DNA from: Basidiobolus meristosporus CBS 931.73
Taxonomy: Eukaryota; Fungi; Basidiobolomycota
DNA length: 64,000 nt
Reading direction: 5' to 3'
Assembly: GCA_002104905.1 (NCBI GenBank)
Contig: MCFE01000408.1
Span: 16,008 to 80,007 of the forward strand
The first letter of the stretch is position 1, and each line of letters begins with the position of its first letter. The notes below the pieces were generated by a model, which saw only the letters and a program-made list of their open reading frames with translations, was not told the DNA's origin and ran no database searches. Position numbers and translations under genes: made by a program. Positions 13,688 to 24,430 of this stretch are shown here, piece after piece.

Positions 13688-16600
13688 GTGCGGAAGAAGA
13701 AGCGTCAACATGATGCTTCTAGAGAGGAGGCAAGGGAACCTGTAGTAGAGGTTCCGTCAAAAGGAAAGAGCGCGGAATTAGGTGAAGAAGTACGGAATGA
13801 ACCTTGGGAAGAAGTGTTAAAGCGAACGAAGAACGCTAGCACGTCTTCCCATGGCCTATTCCCCATAATGAAGGTACTAGAGCAAACCAAGGCAACCCTC
13901 CCAATAACCAATTTACTGGGACTGGCCCCGGCTCTAGTCAAGGAACTGATAGAGGGATTGAAGGAGATAACAACCCTCCATGTCAACCAGACGGTCCTGC
14001 AAAAACCGAATAAAGGTACATACGTAAAGGTACGTATAGAGAATAAGGAGATTCTTGCCCTTATCGACACAGGATCCTCTACGTTGATCATGTCAGAGTC
14101 ATTAGCAAAATGTCTAAAACTAAATATAGTCCCCAACGACACCATTCGAGTACGGCTAGCAAATGACCTACTGGATACAACGGTAGGTGTGGTGCCTAAT
14201 TGCCCCATTTGGCTAGGCAACTTGATAATACGCCAAGATGTCGTGGTCCTACCCGTCGCAGCCAACAACTTACTCATTGGCAAGAGTTGGTTTATCCAAC
14301 ATAAGATGGATATACTTTACAGTGCATCTGAACTCAGGTGGGATACCGAGAGTATCCCACTGATTCATATCACCGATGAGAGCGAGGCGCGTAGCAACAG
14401 TGTGACGATCGAAGAGGTGAAACCGTCGCAGTCTCCGATCATCACACAAAAGGTGATAAAAATACCACCCGCCAGTGAGACGGTGATCTCATTAGAAACA
14501 CCAATAGCTTATTCAACGAGCGGAAGAATGATAACCGCAGCGAAAGCATCCGAGCAACTGGAAGGAATCTCGATCCCTAAAGTATGGATACCACCAAAAT
14601 TTGAAACGCAAAGCCTGAAATGCTTAGTGGTTAACAACGGGCGACACACAGTGACATTGCCTAGAGGAGTGCCATTGTTAAACTTAGAGGAAGTTGACCG
14701 AAACAACCAAGGACCACCTCCAAACGAAGAACCAGAAGAAGAACTCCCCGAACTAGATGTGGACCCCAGTCTACCGCCTACGTTACAAGACAAATTCCTA
14801 GAAGGAATACGTCCGCTTGCCCGAGTATTCTCTAAGAACCAAGTAATTGGTCATATACCTGGGGTATATCACCAAATCCACCTCGCCGACAAATACCCCA
14901 TCAAGCAAAAAGCCTATAGGAATTCAAAAATTGACACAGACTATATCAAAGAGACGATTGAAACTTTATTAAAAGACAACATCATTACAGAGAGCCAGTC
15001 TCCGTGGGCCTCCCCCGTAGTGATAGTCCCGAAGAAAGACGGAAAGCGACGCTTTTGCATTGACTACCGGAAATTGAGCGCCGTCACCCGGAAGGATGTG
15101 TATCCGCTACTGCAAATAGACAACCTGTTGGACAGATTAATCGGAGCTAAATATTTTAGCTCTCTTGACTTAATCTCCGGGTATTGGCAAGTAGAAGTAG
15201 CCCCGGAAGATCGACCCAAAACCGCTTTTATAACATCGTTTGGATTATACAAATGGAACCGACTACCCTTTGGCTTGTGCAATGCCCCCGCTACATTCCA
15301 AAGGATGATCAACAAGGTGCTAGGAAATCTATGATGGGAATGCGCCCTCGTGTATCTTGACGACATCACAATATATTCACCCAATGTAGAAGAACATATA
15401 CACGACGTGCAACGTATCCTGACAGCCCTCCTTGAGAACCGACTCAAACTACATCCCAAGAAGTGCCATTTCCTGTATACGAAATTGTTGTTCCTGGGCC
15501 ACAAGATCTCAGCAGATGGAATATACCCATCTACGTCACTCCTGAAAGCCGTTCAAAATGCACCTGCACCAAAGGACATTAATGCAGTGTTGGGATTCCT
15601 AGGATTAGCCGGTTGCTATCGCCGCTTTGTCAAAAACTTCGTGACGATAGCAGCCCCCCTATACAAATTGACGCAAAAGGGCCAGTGTTTTGTATGGTCG
15701 GAGCCTCAAAAGAGAGCATTCGATCAGCTGAAACATTCCCTGACGTCACCGCCAGTGTTACGATTTCCCAATTGGGATGCGAGATTTTTTATTAACTGTG
15801 ATGGAAGCCTCACCGGTATAGGCACCGTACTGGGACAATACCACCAACCCGGCAAATTCCACCCGATCGGTTACGTGAGCCGTTTGCTAAACAAACACAA
15901 ACGCCACTACCCCGTTACCGAGATAGAATGTCTGGCTGTTGTTTATTCAATTAAACAATTCCATACATACATACATGGTCGCCAATTCACGATAGTAACG
16001 GACCACAGCGCACTGGTCTGGCTGATGAAAACTAAAGACTTTACCGGCCGATTAGCATGTTGGGCCCTACGACTACAGCAATACGACTTTGAAATAATTC
16101 ACCGCGCTGGCAAGAAACACCAGGACGCAGACTTCCTCAGTCGCTATCCCGTTTGCCAAATACATGTCAGTGATGAGTACGAGGACGTAATCTGCTTTAA
16201 AAAGAAAGGGAGGTATCCCAAACACATTGTTACAAACAAACAGAAGAGAGAATTTCAAAGGAAATGGTGTCAGTACAAAGTACAAGAAAATCGACTATGG
16301 TTCCTCCAAGGACAGTCCAGAGCCAAGGTACCCCCACTAGCAGCCCGTGAAGAAATCATACAAGAAAGACATATGTCATTAGGACACGCTAACCCCCTAA
16401 CAACCTATAAGATGTTAAGAAAAACGTTTTATTGGCGAAAAATGATGACCGACGTTACGAATACGTTACAAAGATGCACCACTTGCAAAAGATTCAACCG
16501 GAGTCAGAAGATAGGGACAACCGCACCAATACCGGTTGACCTGCCCTTCCACCAAGTAGGGATTGACTTCGTTGGCCCCTTTATGAAAACAAAGAAAGGA

Positions 16601-17407
16601 GAACAATACATAATAATCGCTACCAATTATTTCTCAAAGTGGGTAGAAGCCCAAGCCGTCCGCAATAAAGATCAGAAAACAACCGCCCAATTCATTCTAG
16701 AACACCTCATCTGCCGACACGGATATCCTCAGATACTCCTGTCCGACAATGGTGGTTCCTTCCTGAACAACACCGTGGCCCACCTGTGCGAAATGATTGG
16801 CGTGAAACAAGTCTTCACCGCCGTGTATCACCCCCAGACTAACGGATTAACCAAGAGGATGAACCAGACGTGTTGCCGCATCCTGGAGAAGCTTCACTGG
16901 GAACTTCCCCAATCATGGGCCGAGCTGCTCCCACTGACACTCCTAGCAATGCGCACCACACCAAATAAAACGACGGGTTTCTCCCCATATGAGATCCTAT
17001 ATGGACGAAGACCCAAGTGGCGGGAGGAAGCTGGATTAACGATGGAAGGTGTCCCCCTGACGACACATAACGACTATATAGAAAGGTTGATACACCGTAT
17101 CGCCCACCTATACATAAAAGTATTCAAAAATGTCGACAAGCACCTTCCCCCTCCACCCAAAAATGAGAAACTAACAAGACAAAAGTGGAAACCAGGCGAT
17201 AAGGTGTGGTACAACCAAACCGTTGCAGGCCTCAAGTTCCGCCCACAATTTACACCCTGATGGATTGGCCCATGCACCGTTATCAGTTTGGACCACGGAC
17301 CAAAGTACACCATCACCCTGAATAATAAGACAATCAGCAACGTAGCGCCAGCCCATCTGAAACCGTTTCATGATGATCCACCGATCATCACTGAGACCAA
17401 AGTGTGA
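13688..17407 (+). pseudogene. pol: pol (aspartic protease, RT, RNase H, integrase) with premature TGAs at 15332-34 and 17258-60
   Basis: Motifs ALIDTGSS, SPWASPVVIV, YLDD, CDGSLTGIG, HHCC zinc finger, GIDFVGP, LLSDNG and HPQTNG. All segments are in one frame, ending at TGA 17405-07. No chromodomain seen. Confidence 0.95.
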
Positions 17408-17512
17408 TTAAACAATTATCAGGACAAGGATAGAGGAAGACACGGGATACATTTGAAGTTTATTAGAGGAGATTTTAGTTGATATAGGTACAAATAATAT
17501 GCGCGAGGGAGT

Positions 17513-18706
17513 TTGCCCAAAGGGGAGAACAAAAGAATGCATATGGAAGGCGCCGAAGGAAACAGTTCACCCAAAACTGGCGATACCCCTCCCACTAGCG
17601 AGAACCAAGATGATATTGAAAACAAAACCGACCTGCAAGTGTTAAGAGATATGGTACGAGTGTTACGTACGACGAGAGCCACCTATGAAGAGTCGTTTGC
17701 CGGAGCAGTCACGCTAATACAAGACACAATCAGAGAGGGACGAGACAAGTTACCCACGCCGATACAAAGCATGGAGATACTACCTGAGAAGACTGTGTAC
17801 CACCTAAGAGGAGGTTCCTTGATCATTAAGGAGAAGGACGCCGCGCTGATTCCCGTATCCATACTGGACACAGTCAGACAGAAGACACAAGGAATCAACT
17901 GTTGCGCCCTCACGAGACCTCGAGAGCCCCCCTGTTTTGTTGCATACTTGCCATTAATAGGTACCACGGTTGTTGAGGTATACGCAGACCTGGTACGGGC
18001 TGCAAGAGCACCAGAAGTAGAACTCCTGATTGAAGGACTCCTCCAAGAAATTCGCAAACATCTCAAACCACATTTCCAAGAAGGAACCATCTTAGAGAAG
18101 ATATGCGAACGGATTAAATACACCGGCCAGTTAACCCATGCAATCCACCGAGTTGCTGTGTTACAACTATTACAGTGGTTTACCATAGGACAACTCAGGA
18201 ATCAGTACAAAATCCAACTCCAAGAAGCCGAAGAAACCGCTGCGGATTCAGTAGAAACCATGAGGTGAGTACGAAAGCGCCTCGATCGTGCCACAGTTTC
18301 TACGGAAGAACTACAATACGTCTTGGAAGAAGCAAAAACTTGTTATCAACAACGGGTGACTGCCGACCAGGTGTACGCCCTCTTCAAAAGGTCCCCTGCC
18401 GTCATATTGAACACAAAAAGGACAAGCCCTGATAACGTTTGCAAGATAAAGAAGCAAGACTTTATCGCGCTATTGCACCTTTTCTCGTTCTCCGACCCTC
18501 CCAAGGAACTTACCCAGAACCCTATGGTTTGCCAACTATTTGGCTCTGTGGAAAACATCCCTCAAGCAACACAGGCTGCACCCCACTCTGCCGCCGAATG
18601 GTATCAGGTACTTGCCCGCGATCCCCTCGCAAGTGACAACCAGCAATGGTACTATGGTAACTCCCCATGCTCCGTAAACGAAATCAATCCTGGAGAAGCA
18701 AGTTAG
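17513..18706 (+). CDS. ORF3 of unknown function inside the gypsy element (~397 codons, one internal TGA at 18266-68)
   Basis: ORFs 17513-18268 and 18323-18706 share a frame, and the intervening codons (VRKRLDRATVSTEELQYV) are open. It lies in sense orientation between pol and the 3' LTR. No obvious signal peptide or transmembrane segment. Confidence 0.75.
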
Positions 18707-18750
18707 TCAAAGAACTTCGAGGACAAAGCTCCCACTTAACCCCCGGGATA

Positions 18751-19136
18751 TGTGAGTACTCAATGTAGTACCCACTCTTCGCCCAAGAGTTCTCCCAAGA
18801 GTTCCCTCCAGAGTCCTACCCGAAGTCCTCCAGTACCCTCCCTATGATTCCCCCATGCGTCCTCCCCTCCTATCCCTGCCCTTATCTAGTTAGAACACTT
18901 ACCATAACAGGAAGGTGTTCACACCCCTATTTTATAACACATTGTCTATTGTCTAAGCCCCCCAAGTGATATATATATCTACCCAATTGAACCAGGAAGA
19001 ACAACAAGATTTGGACGAAATAAACAGAAGTCTTTATTACCTTGCTACCTTCTATTGGAAGCTATTCTGAACCAAGTGGTACTGACTTGACCTACAAGCT
19101 CTCCCACTCACCAAGTACAGTCAGTAATAACCCACA
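18751..19136 (+). repeat. 3' LTR of the young gypsy element
   Basis: Direct repeat of 12365-12750, followed by the TSD CCTTG. Confidence 0.97.
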
Positions 19137-20099
19137 CCTTGTACTTGCCAGAGTAAAAGTGCCTCTGCCCTCTAGAAGGTCTGTTAATCCTGACTGGGAA
19201 GGTATCTAAAATACTCTATATATGGAACCTGTTGCTGAACACTCTGGGATATGGAGGTCTATTGGAGTTTCTGAACCTGGTATTTCAAGCTGGCTCTAAG
19301 TCATTCATACCCTCTGCAAGGTGGTTCTCCATTGCTGTCAGCTGGGAATGAAAGCTTCTATGAGTTTTGCTGCCATGGATGGTGGGATGAGACCTTGTAG
19401 GGCAATAGGTCTTGTAATAGCTGAGATGCTTAAGAGTAGATTAGGGTAGATGGTCCACAGTACTTGGTATAGATCTTCTCTAATGTGTCAAAAGGAAACC
19501 CAGTGGTAGTAATGGGATTGATGAGAAAAGACTGTTCAGATGAGTAAGTCAAATTAAAATTGTTGGGTGATTGGGCTGAGGTGATATGAATTGATTTGGC
19601 GCAATCAGGCTTATGTATCTGATTTTCCATGCATTATAATTCAATCTCCATTGATTGCCATGTATGGCATCATTATGTTGCAAAAAATCATCCGCAAACA
19701 ATGACTTGGTATTTTTAGCAATGCTTTACTCACAAGTCTATAGTCAAATAAGAAATCTGCAATTGACATGATCTGATCTGTGTTAATGCAATCTAAGATT
19801 CATCATGCATAGTATATGAATAATTCAACAATCACATTAGTTATCATAGATATTTCATACAAGACCAGGTTGATGTCAATACACTACTGTGCAAGTATTC
19901 AAATCCATCACTATGGTCCCTGTGCCAAGTCTCAACTCAGCTTTAGTACAACCCAGACAAAACCCATCCCCCAGCTCACAAACATGGTTCAGACTGGAGA
20001 AGTCAATATCAGATCCATTTGAGTTCTTGGCAAATGACTTTAGTATGGCTCAAGTGTCTATGATGAGCCTTCATACAGATATTTGGGTACTGCTCATTA

Positions 20100-23089
20100 A
20101 TCTAGCAGAACTAGATACCTCCAGAGACACATCAATTCTGATTATTTGTGCAAAATGATCAAACATCAGCTCATTTCTGGAGTAAAAACTGATCCCCAGC
20201 TAATTTGGAGCACTGTGAAGCCAACATATATGGAAAACAAGCCAGACAACCATTCAAGCGCTCTGGGGTAATTAAAACTAAGAAAAGATTTGATCTAACT
20301 CACTCAGATCTGTGTAGACCAATGCAAAATTTATCCTTAGATGGGATGAAGTGTATAATTACTTTTATTGATGATTATACAAGATACATCTGGGTTTACT
20401 TCATGGAGAGAAAGGAAAAAGCTCTGTCTAAATTCAGAGAGTTCAAAGCCAGGGTGGAGAGTGAAGGTGGTGAAAAAATCATGAAAATAAGCTCTGACAA
20501 TGGTGGATAATATACCTCAAAACTCTTCATCCACTTCTGCCAAATTCATGTGATAAAGTAAGAGACTACTGTACCATACTCCCCACAGCAAAATGGAGTA
20601 ACAGAACATGCTAACAGAGCAATAATTGATATGGCAAGATCTATGATCCATGATCAAAATTATTCTTTGATTTTTGGGCGGCATCAGTTGCCACTGCTGT
20701 ATACCTTAAAAATACAAGTTATAACCAAATACTTTGTGATTTTACTCCATTTGAAGCATGGTATGGGTACAGATCAAGTGCAGAACATCTAAGAATATTT
20801 GGGTGTACAGCATATGCCAAAAAACTGCACAGAAATCAGTCAAAACTTGAGCCAAAGAGTGTAAAATGAATATTTTTGGGCTACTGCAATGAGAGTAAGG
20901 AATACAGATTCTACAATACCAAAGCAAAGAAGCTGATCAAGTCCAGGGATGTGTTGTTTGATGAAAACTCAAAATGTTCACAAAAAATGACATCAGATGA
21001 TGACAAAACTTTGATCTCAAGTCCACCAATTGTCAGGATTATATCAGAGCAAAACAGTAATATTTTTTTCACTCCAGAGGACTCTGCAATCATGGTTCAG
21101 CCAGAAGTAGTGCCCAGGAATATTTCAGAAGTGCTCATTCCAGTATCAAATGCCCAGAGATTCAATTGGACAAGAAATAGCCCAAATTATTATATCAATG
21201 AGGGTACAAACTTAGCCAATGCCTATTGAATCCATATTGATGAACCCCAGACTGTAAAAGAGGCCCTAAATAGCCCTGAGACAAAGTTTTGGAGATCTGC
21301 AATGACTGAGGAATATCAGGTTCTGATAGAAAATCAAACTTGGTACTTGGTCAAATTACCAATCAATTGAAAATCAATTTTATGCAGATGGGTCTTCATG
21401 ACAAAATACAAGGCTAATGGTACAATTGATTAATTAATTTCATCAGATTAATATTGGCTAATGCAGCCAAATATAAGTTTTTAATTCATCAAATAGATGT
21501 AAAAACTGCATTTTTGAATGGAAAGCTTGATGAGGACATGTATATGGACCAGCCTGATGTGTTTGTTGACCAGGATAACCCCCAGTAGATCCATAAGCTT
21601 AAAAAGTCTCTATATGATCCTAAACAATCATCAAGAGACTGGAATTGCAAGATAGATTCTTATTTAGAATTTTTGAGTTTCAAAAGGAGTGGCGCTGACT
21701 ACAGTATATACTATAAGCCAGATAGAGCAAATCCAGTTCTATTAGCTCTATATGTGGATGATCTTATTGTAGCCACCAAAAACCTAGAAACATTGGAAGA
21801 GACTAAATCCAGCCTATCTAAAGAGTTCAAGATGTCCAATCTAGGAGAACTCAATTACTACTTTGGGATTAAGTTCTCTATAGACAGAAGTACCCAGACT
21901 ATCACCCTAAGCCAATCCAAGTATATTCAAGATATACTAAAGCAGTACCAAATGGAAGATTGTACACCAGCATCTACTGCAATGGACACAATCCTTAACT
22001 TAGTCAAAACTCAACCAAATCAAGAGAGCTTGGTGCCATATGAAAGCCCTGACTTTTCTTATCAATATATGGTTGGCAGTCTGATGTATATCATGCTTGG
22101 AACATGCTCAGACATCTCATATTCAGTGGAAGTTGTCAGCCAACATAATCAGAGCTATGAATCTGATCATATTGCAGCAGTTAAGCAGATTTTTAGATAT
22201 CTAAAAGGACCTGCTGATATCTGCTTAAGATACATTTATAAGGATTCAGAACAGGATTTTGTGGGATACTCTGATGCTGACTGGGAACAAAATTTGAAAG
22301 ACAGAAGATCCACCACAGGATACACCTTTCTTTACTGTAAAGGAGCAATTTCATGGAATTCAAGAAAGCAACCAACCATAGCACTTTCTGCCACAGAGGC
22401 AGAGTATATGGCAGCCTGTGAAGCTACAAAAGAAGCAATGTGGTTAAGAAAGCTTTTTACAGATTTAGGCCTAGGTCAAAAAACACCTATTACTTTATTT
22501 CATGATAATCAAGGATGTATACCATTAGGTAGAAATCCAACTTTTCATGCTAGAACTAAGCACACAGATATTATGCATCACTTCATATGTGATGCTATAG
22601 AGAATAACTTAGTTAGCTTAGTTTGCTGTCCTTCAGATGAAATGATTGCAGAAATATTTAGCAAACCATTAGCTAAAGACAAGCTTGAATATCTTAGGTC
22701 AAAATTGGGACTAATCAGTATGAACATTTAGCTGAGTGGGAGTGTTGTAAAAATTTGTGGTTCCACCTAAATACTCACCTAACTTAGTCACTTAGATCAT
22801 TACCTTAAAATCCTACAGAATACTGACCATATTCCTTGTTGGGATTTACTGAGAATATTTTCACCAAACTGGCAGGTACACAGAAAATGAAAATTCTCAA
22901 AGTTGTCCAAACAGCCCCAAACTTTGTACACATGCTCTTGGGATCTTTCCTAACCTGCTCTACATGTTTTTATGCCATGATCATGTAAAAGTATAAATAC
23001 TACTTTTACACTCAAAAAATCATTAAGTAAAAGCCACAAATCTACTTGTCCTCCCAATCACTTCCAATATCTTCAAGATTCTTACAACA
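20100..23089 (+). mobile_element. 5'-truncated degenerate Ty1/copia element, family B (integrase-RT-RNaseH, 3' LTR 22743-23089)
   Basis: Integrase motifs LTHSDLC, FIDDYTRYIW and SSDNGG. RT motif LALYVDDLIV. RNase H motifs GYSDADW, ALSATEAEY and RTKH. Purine tract gagtgggag precedes TGTTGTAA, and the LTR ends TTACAACA. Confidence 0.92.
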
Positions 23090-24111
23090 CATCCTCTAGT
23101 TTTTCACATCACTTCCAATGCTCCTCAGAATATTGCAACAAAATCTTCAGTTCTGGACTCTATGGCTGAAACAAGGCCCTGAAACTTGTCTAACAAGCTA
23201 TTCAGGATGGTAACTATCACACCCTCATCAGTAGTTGGTATGCCCATAGATTCCATCTCATCCACCAGCAGGGTAATTCTGTTAACCAGATTTCTCATTT
23301 CTTCTCCTGGCAGCATCTTTGTGGAACGGAATTTTTGTCCAAGATTCATTTTCTTAGCAGCTGAACATGGCAGGTAGGTGTCTTCAAATGCCTTCCAGGC
23401 ATTATTTGCTGTTTTTGCTCCTGAGCATTGAATAAGCAATTTGTCTTCAACATTGAGGGAAATGAAGCTGAAAGCACTTTGTTCTTCCTTCTGGTTCTTT
23501 GAAACTTCCTCTTCTACAGTTTTAAGAGGGAATTCTTCTCCCATGACAACATGGCAAATGTCTCTTTCTGGCTGCTGCATCTTTTTCTTCACCTTCCACA
23601 CTTGATAGTTAGATCCATGAAACTTTTCAGCAGAGGGGAAAATTCCAGTAATACAAGTGGTAGACATTGCAGAGAGTGACAGCTTGGGGCTCATAACCTG
23701 TTGTAAGAGTCTTGGAGATACTGGAAGTGATTTGGAGAACAAGTAGATTGTTTGGTTTTCACTTAATGATATATTGAATATAAGAGTAGTATTTATACTT
23801 TTAAATGGTCTTGGCATAACAAACACTTTGAATAGATTAAAAAAGGTCCCAAGAACTTATACTTTTACATCTTCTTGGCATATCAGACACATAAAATATG
23901 CTTAGAAAGGTCCAAAGAGCATGGGTGCAAAGCTTGGGGCTGTTTGGACAGCTTATTGAATTTTCATGTTCTAGATACCTGATGTTTTGGTGAAAATAAT
24001 CCAAGTAAATCCCAACAAGAAATTTGGTTAGTATTCTCCAAGATTTGTAGGTAATGATCCAAGTGACTAAGCTAGGCAAGTATTTAGGTGGAATTATGAC
24101 TTTTTACAGCA
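23090..24111 (-). mobile_element. Copia B fragment in opposite orientation: 5' LTR (23699-24111), PBS (23687-23698) and gag relic (~23090-23690)
   Basis: The LTR is the reverse-complement homologue of 22743-23089. The PBS is GGTTATGAGCCC. The gag reads FHGSNYQVWK...ANNAWKAF...ILNSL and is cut at the 3' LTR of the plus-strand copy. Confidence 0.88.
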
Positions 24112-24139
24112 GAATTTACCCATTGGTAGAAATTGGAAC

Positions 24140-24430
24140 TGAAATATATTTATTGATGATCATACAAGATACACGTGGATCTACTTCATCGAGAGAAAGA
24201 GAGAAGCACTGTCTAAGCCTGGGGAGTTTAAAGCCATGGTGGGGGAGAAACTGGTAAGAAAATCAAGCATATATACTCAAGTAAAAGGTAAGGCTATACC
24301 TCAAAACTGTTCATTCACTTCTGCAAAATTCATGGGATAAAGCAACACTACTTCATCATACTCCCAACAGCAAAACAGAGGGTCAGAACATGCGAAGAGA
24401 TCTAATATCGATATGGCAAGATCCATGATC
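24140..24430 (+). pseudogene. Copia integrase fragment
   Basis: Similar to 20360-20650 (tttattgatgat.atacaagataca...gatatggcaagatc.atgatc). Confidence 0.75.

Larger units (their letters stand above)
12365..19136 (+). mobile_element. Full-length young Ty3/gypsy LTR retrotransposon with an extra 3' ORF
   Basis: LTRs at 12365-12750 and 18751-19136 (TGTGAG...CCCACA, 386 bp each, 7 differences by manual alignment). The 5-bp TSD CCTTG is at 12360-64 and 19137-41. Order is gag-PR-RT-RH-INT. Confidence 0.97.
11722..19740 (-). mobile_element. PIF/Harbinger-related (PHIS, DDE_Tnp_4-type) DNA transposon, degenerate and split by the gypsy insertion
   Basis: Removing the gypsy and one CCTTG joins the reading ILDTFPVRINRPSRGQRHFYSGKYK-AHCVKLQ...GPFAGSRH...ADLAYIG...YNEILNHFRLRVEHTFGYLKRFSIL, giving a D-D-E triad. 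The left end AAACTTGTACCATTG follows AAT and resembles the MITE TIR. The right end near 19740 (ACAAGTCT) is uncertain. Confidence 0.82.

Noticed and set aside
13122-18268. Four in-frame TGA codons in the gypsy ORFs suggesting TGA recoding (Trp or Sec)
   Set aside because: TGA also terminates the pol ORF and intact host genes here, Trp is encoded by TGG nearby, and CGA-to-TGA deamination explains all four alongside many missense CpG changes.
17513-18706. ORF3 as a retroviral-type env
   Set aside because: No signal peptide, no basic furin site followed by a fusion peptide, and no C-terminal transmembrane helix are visible.
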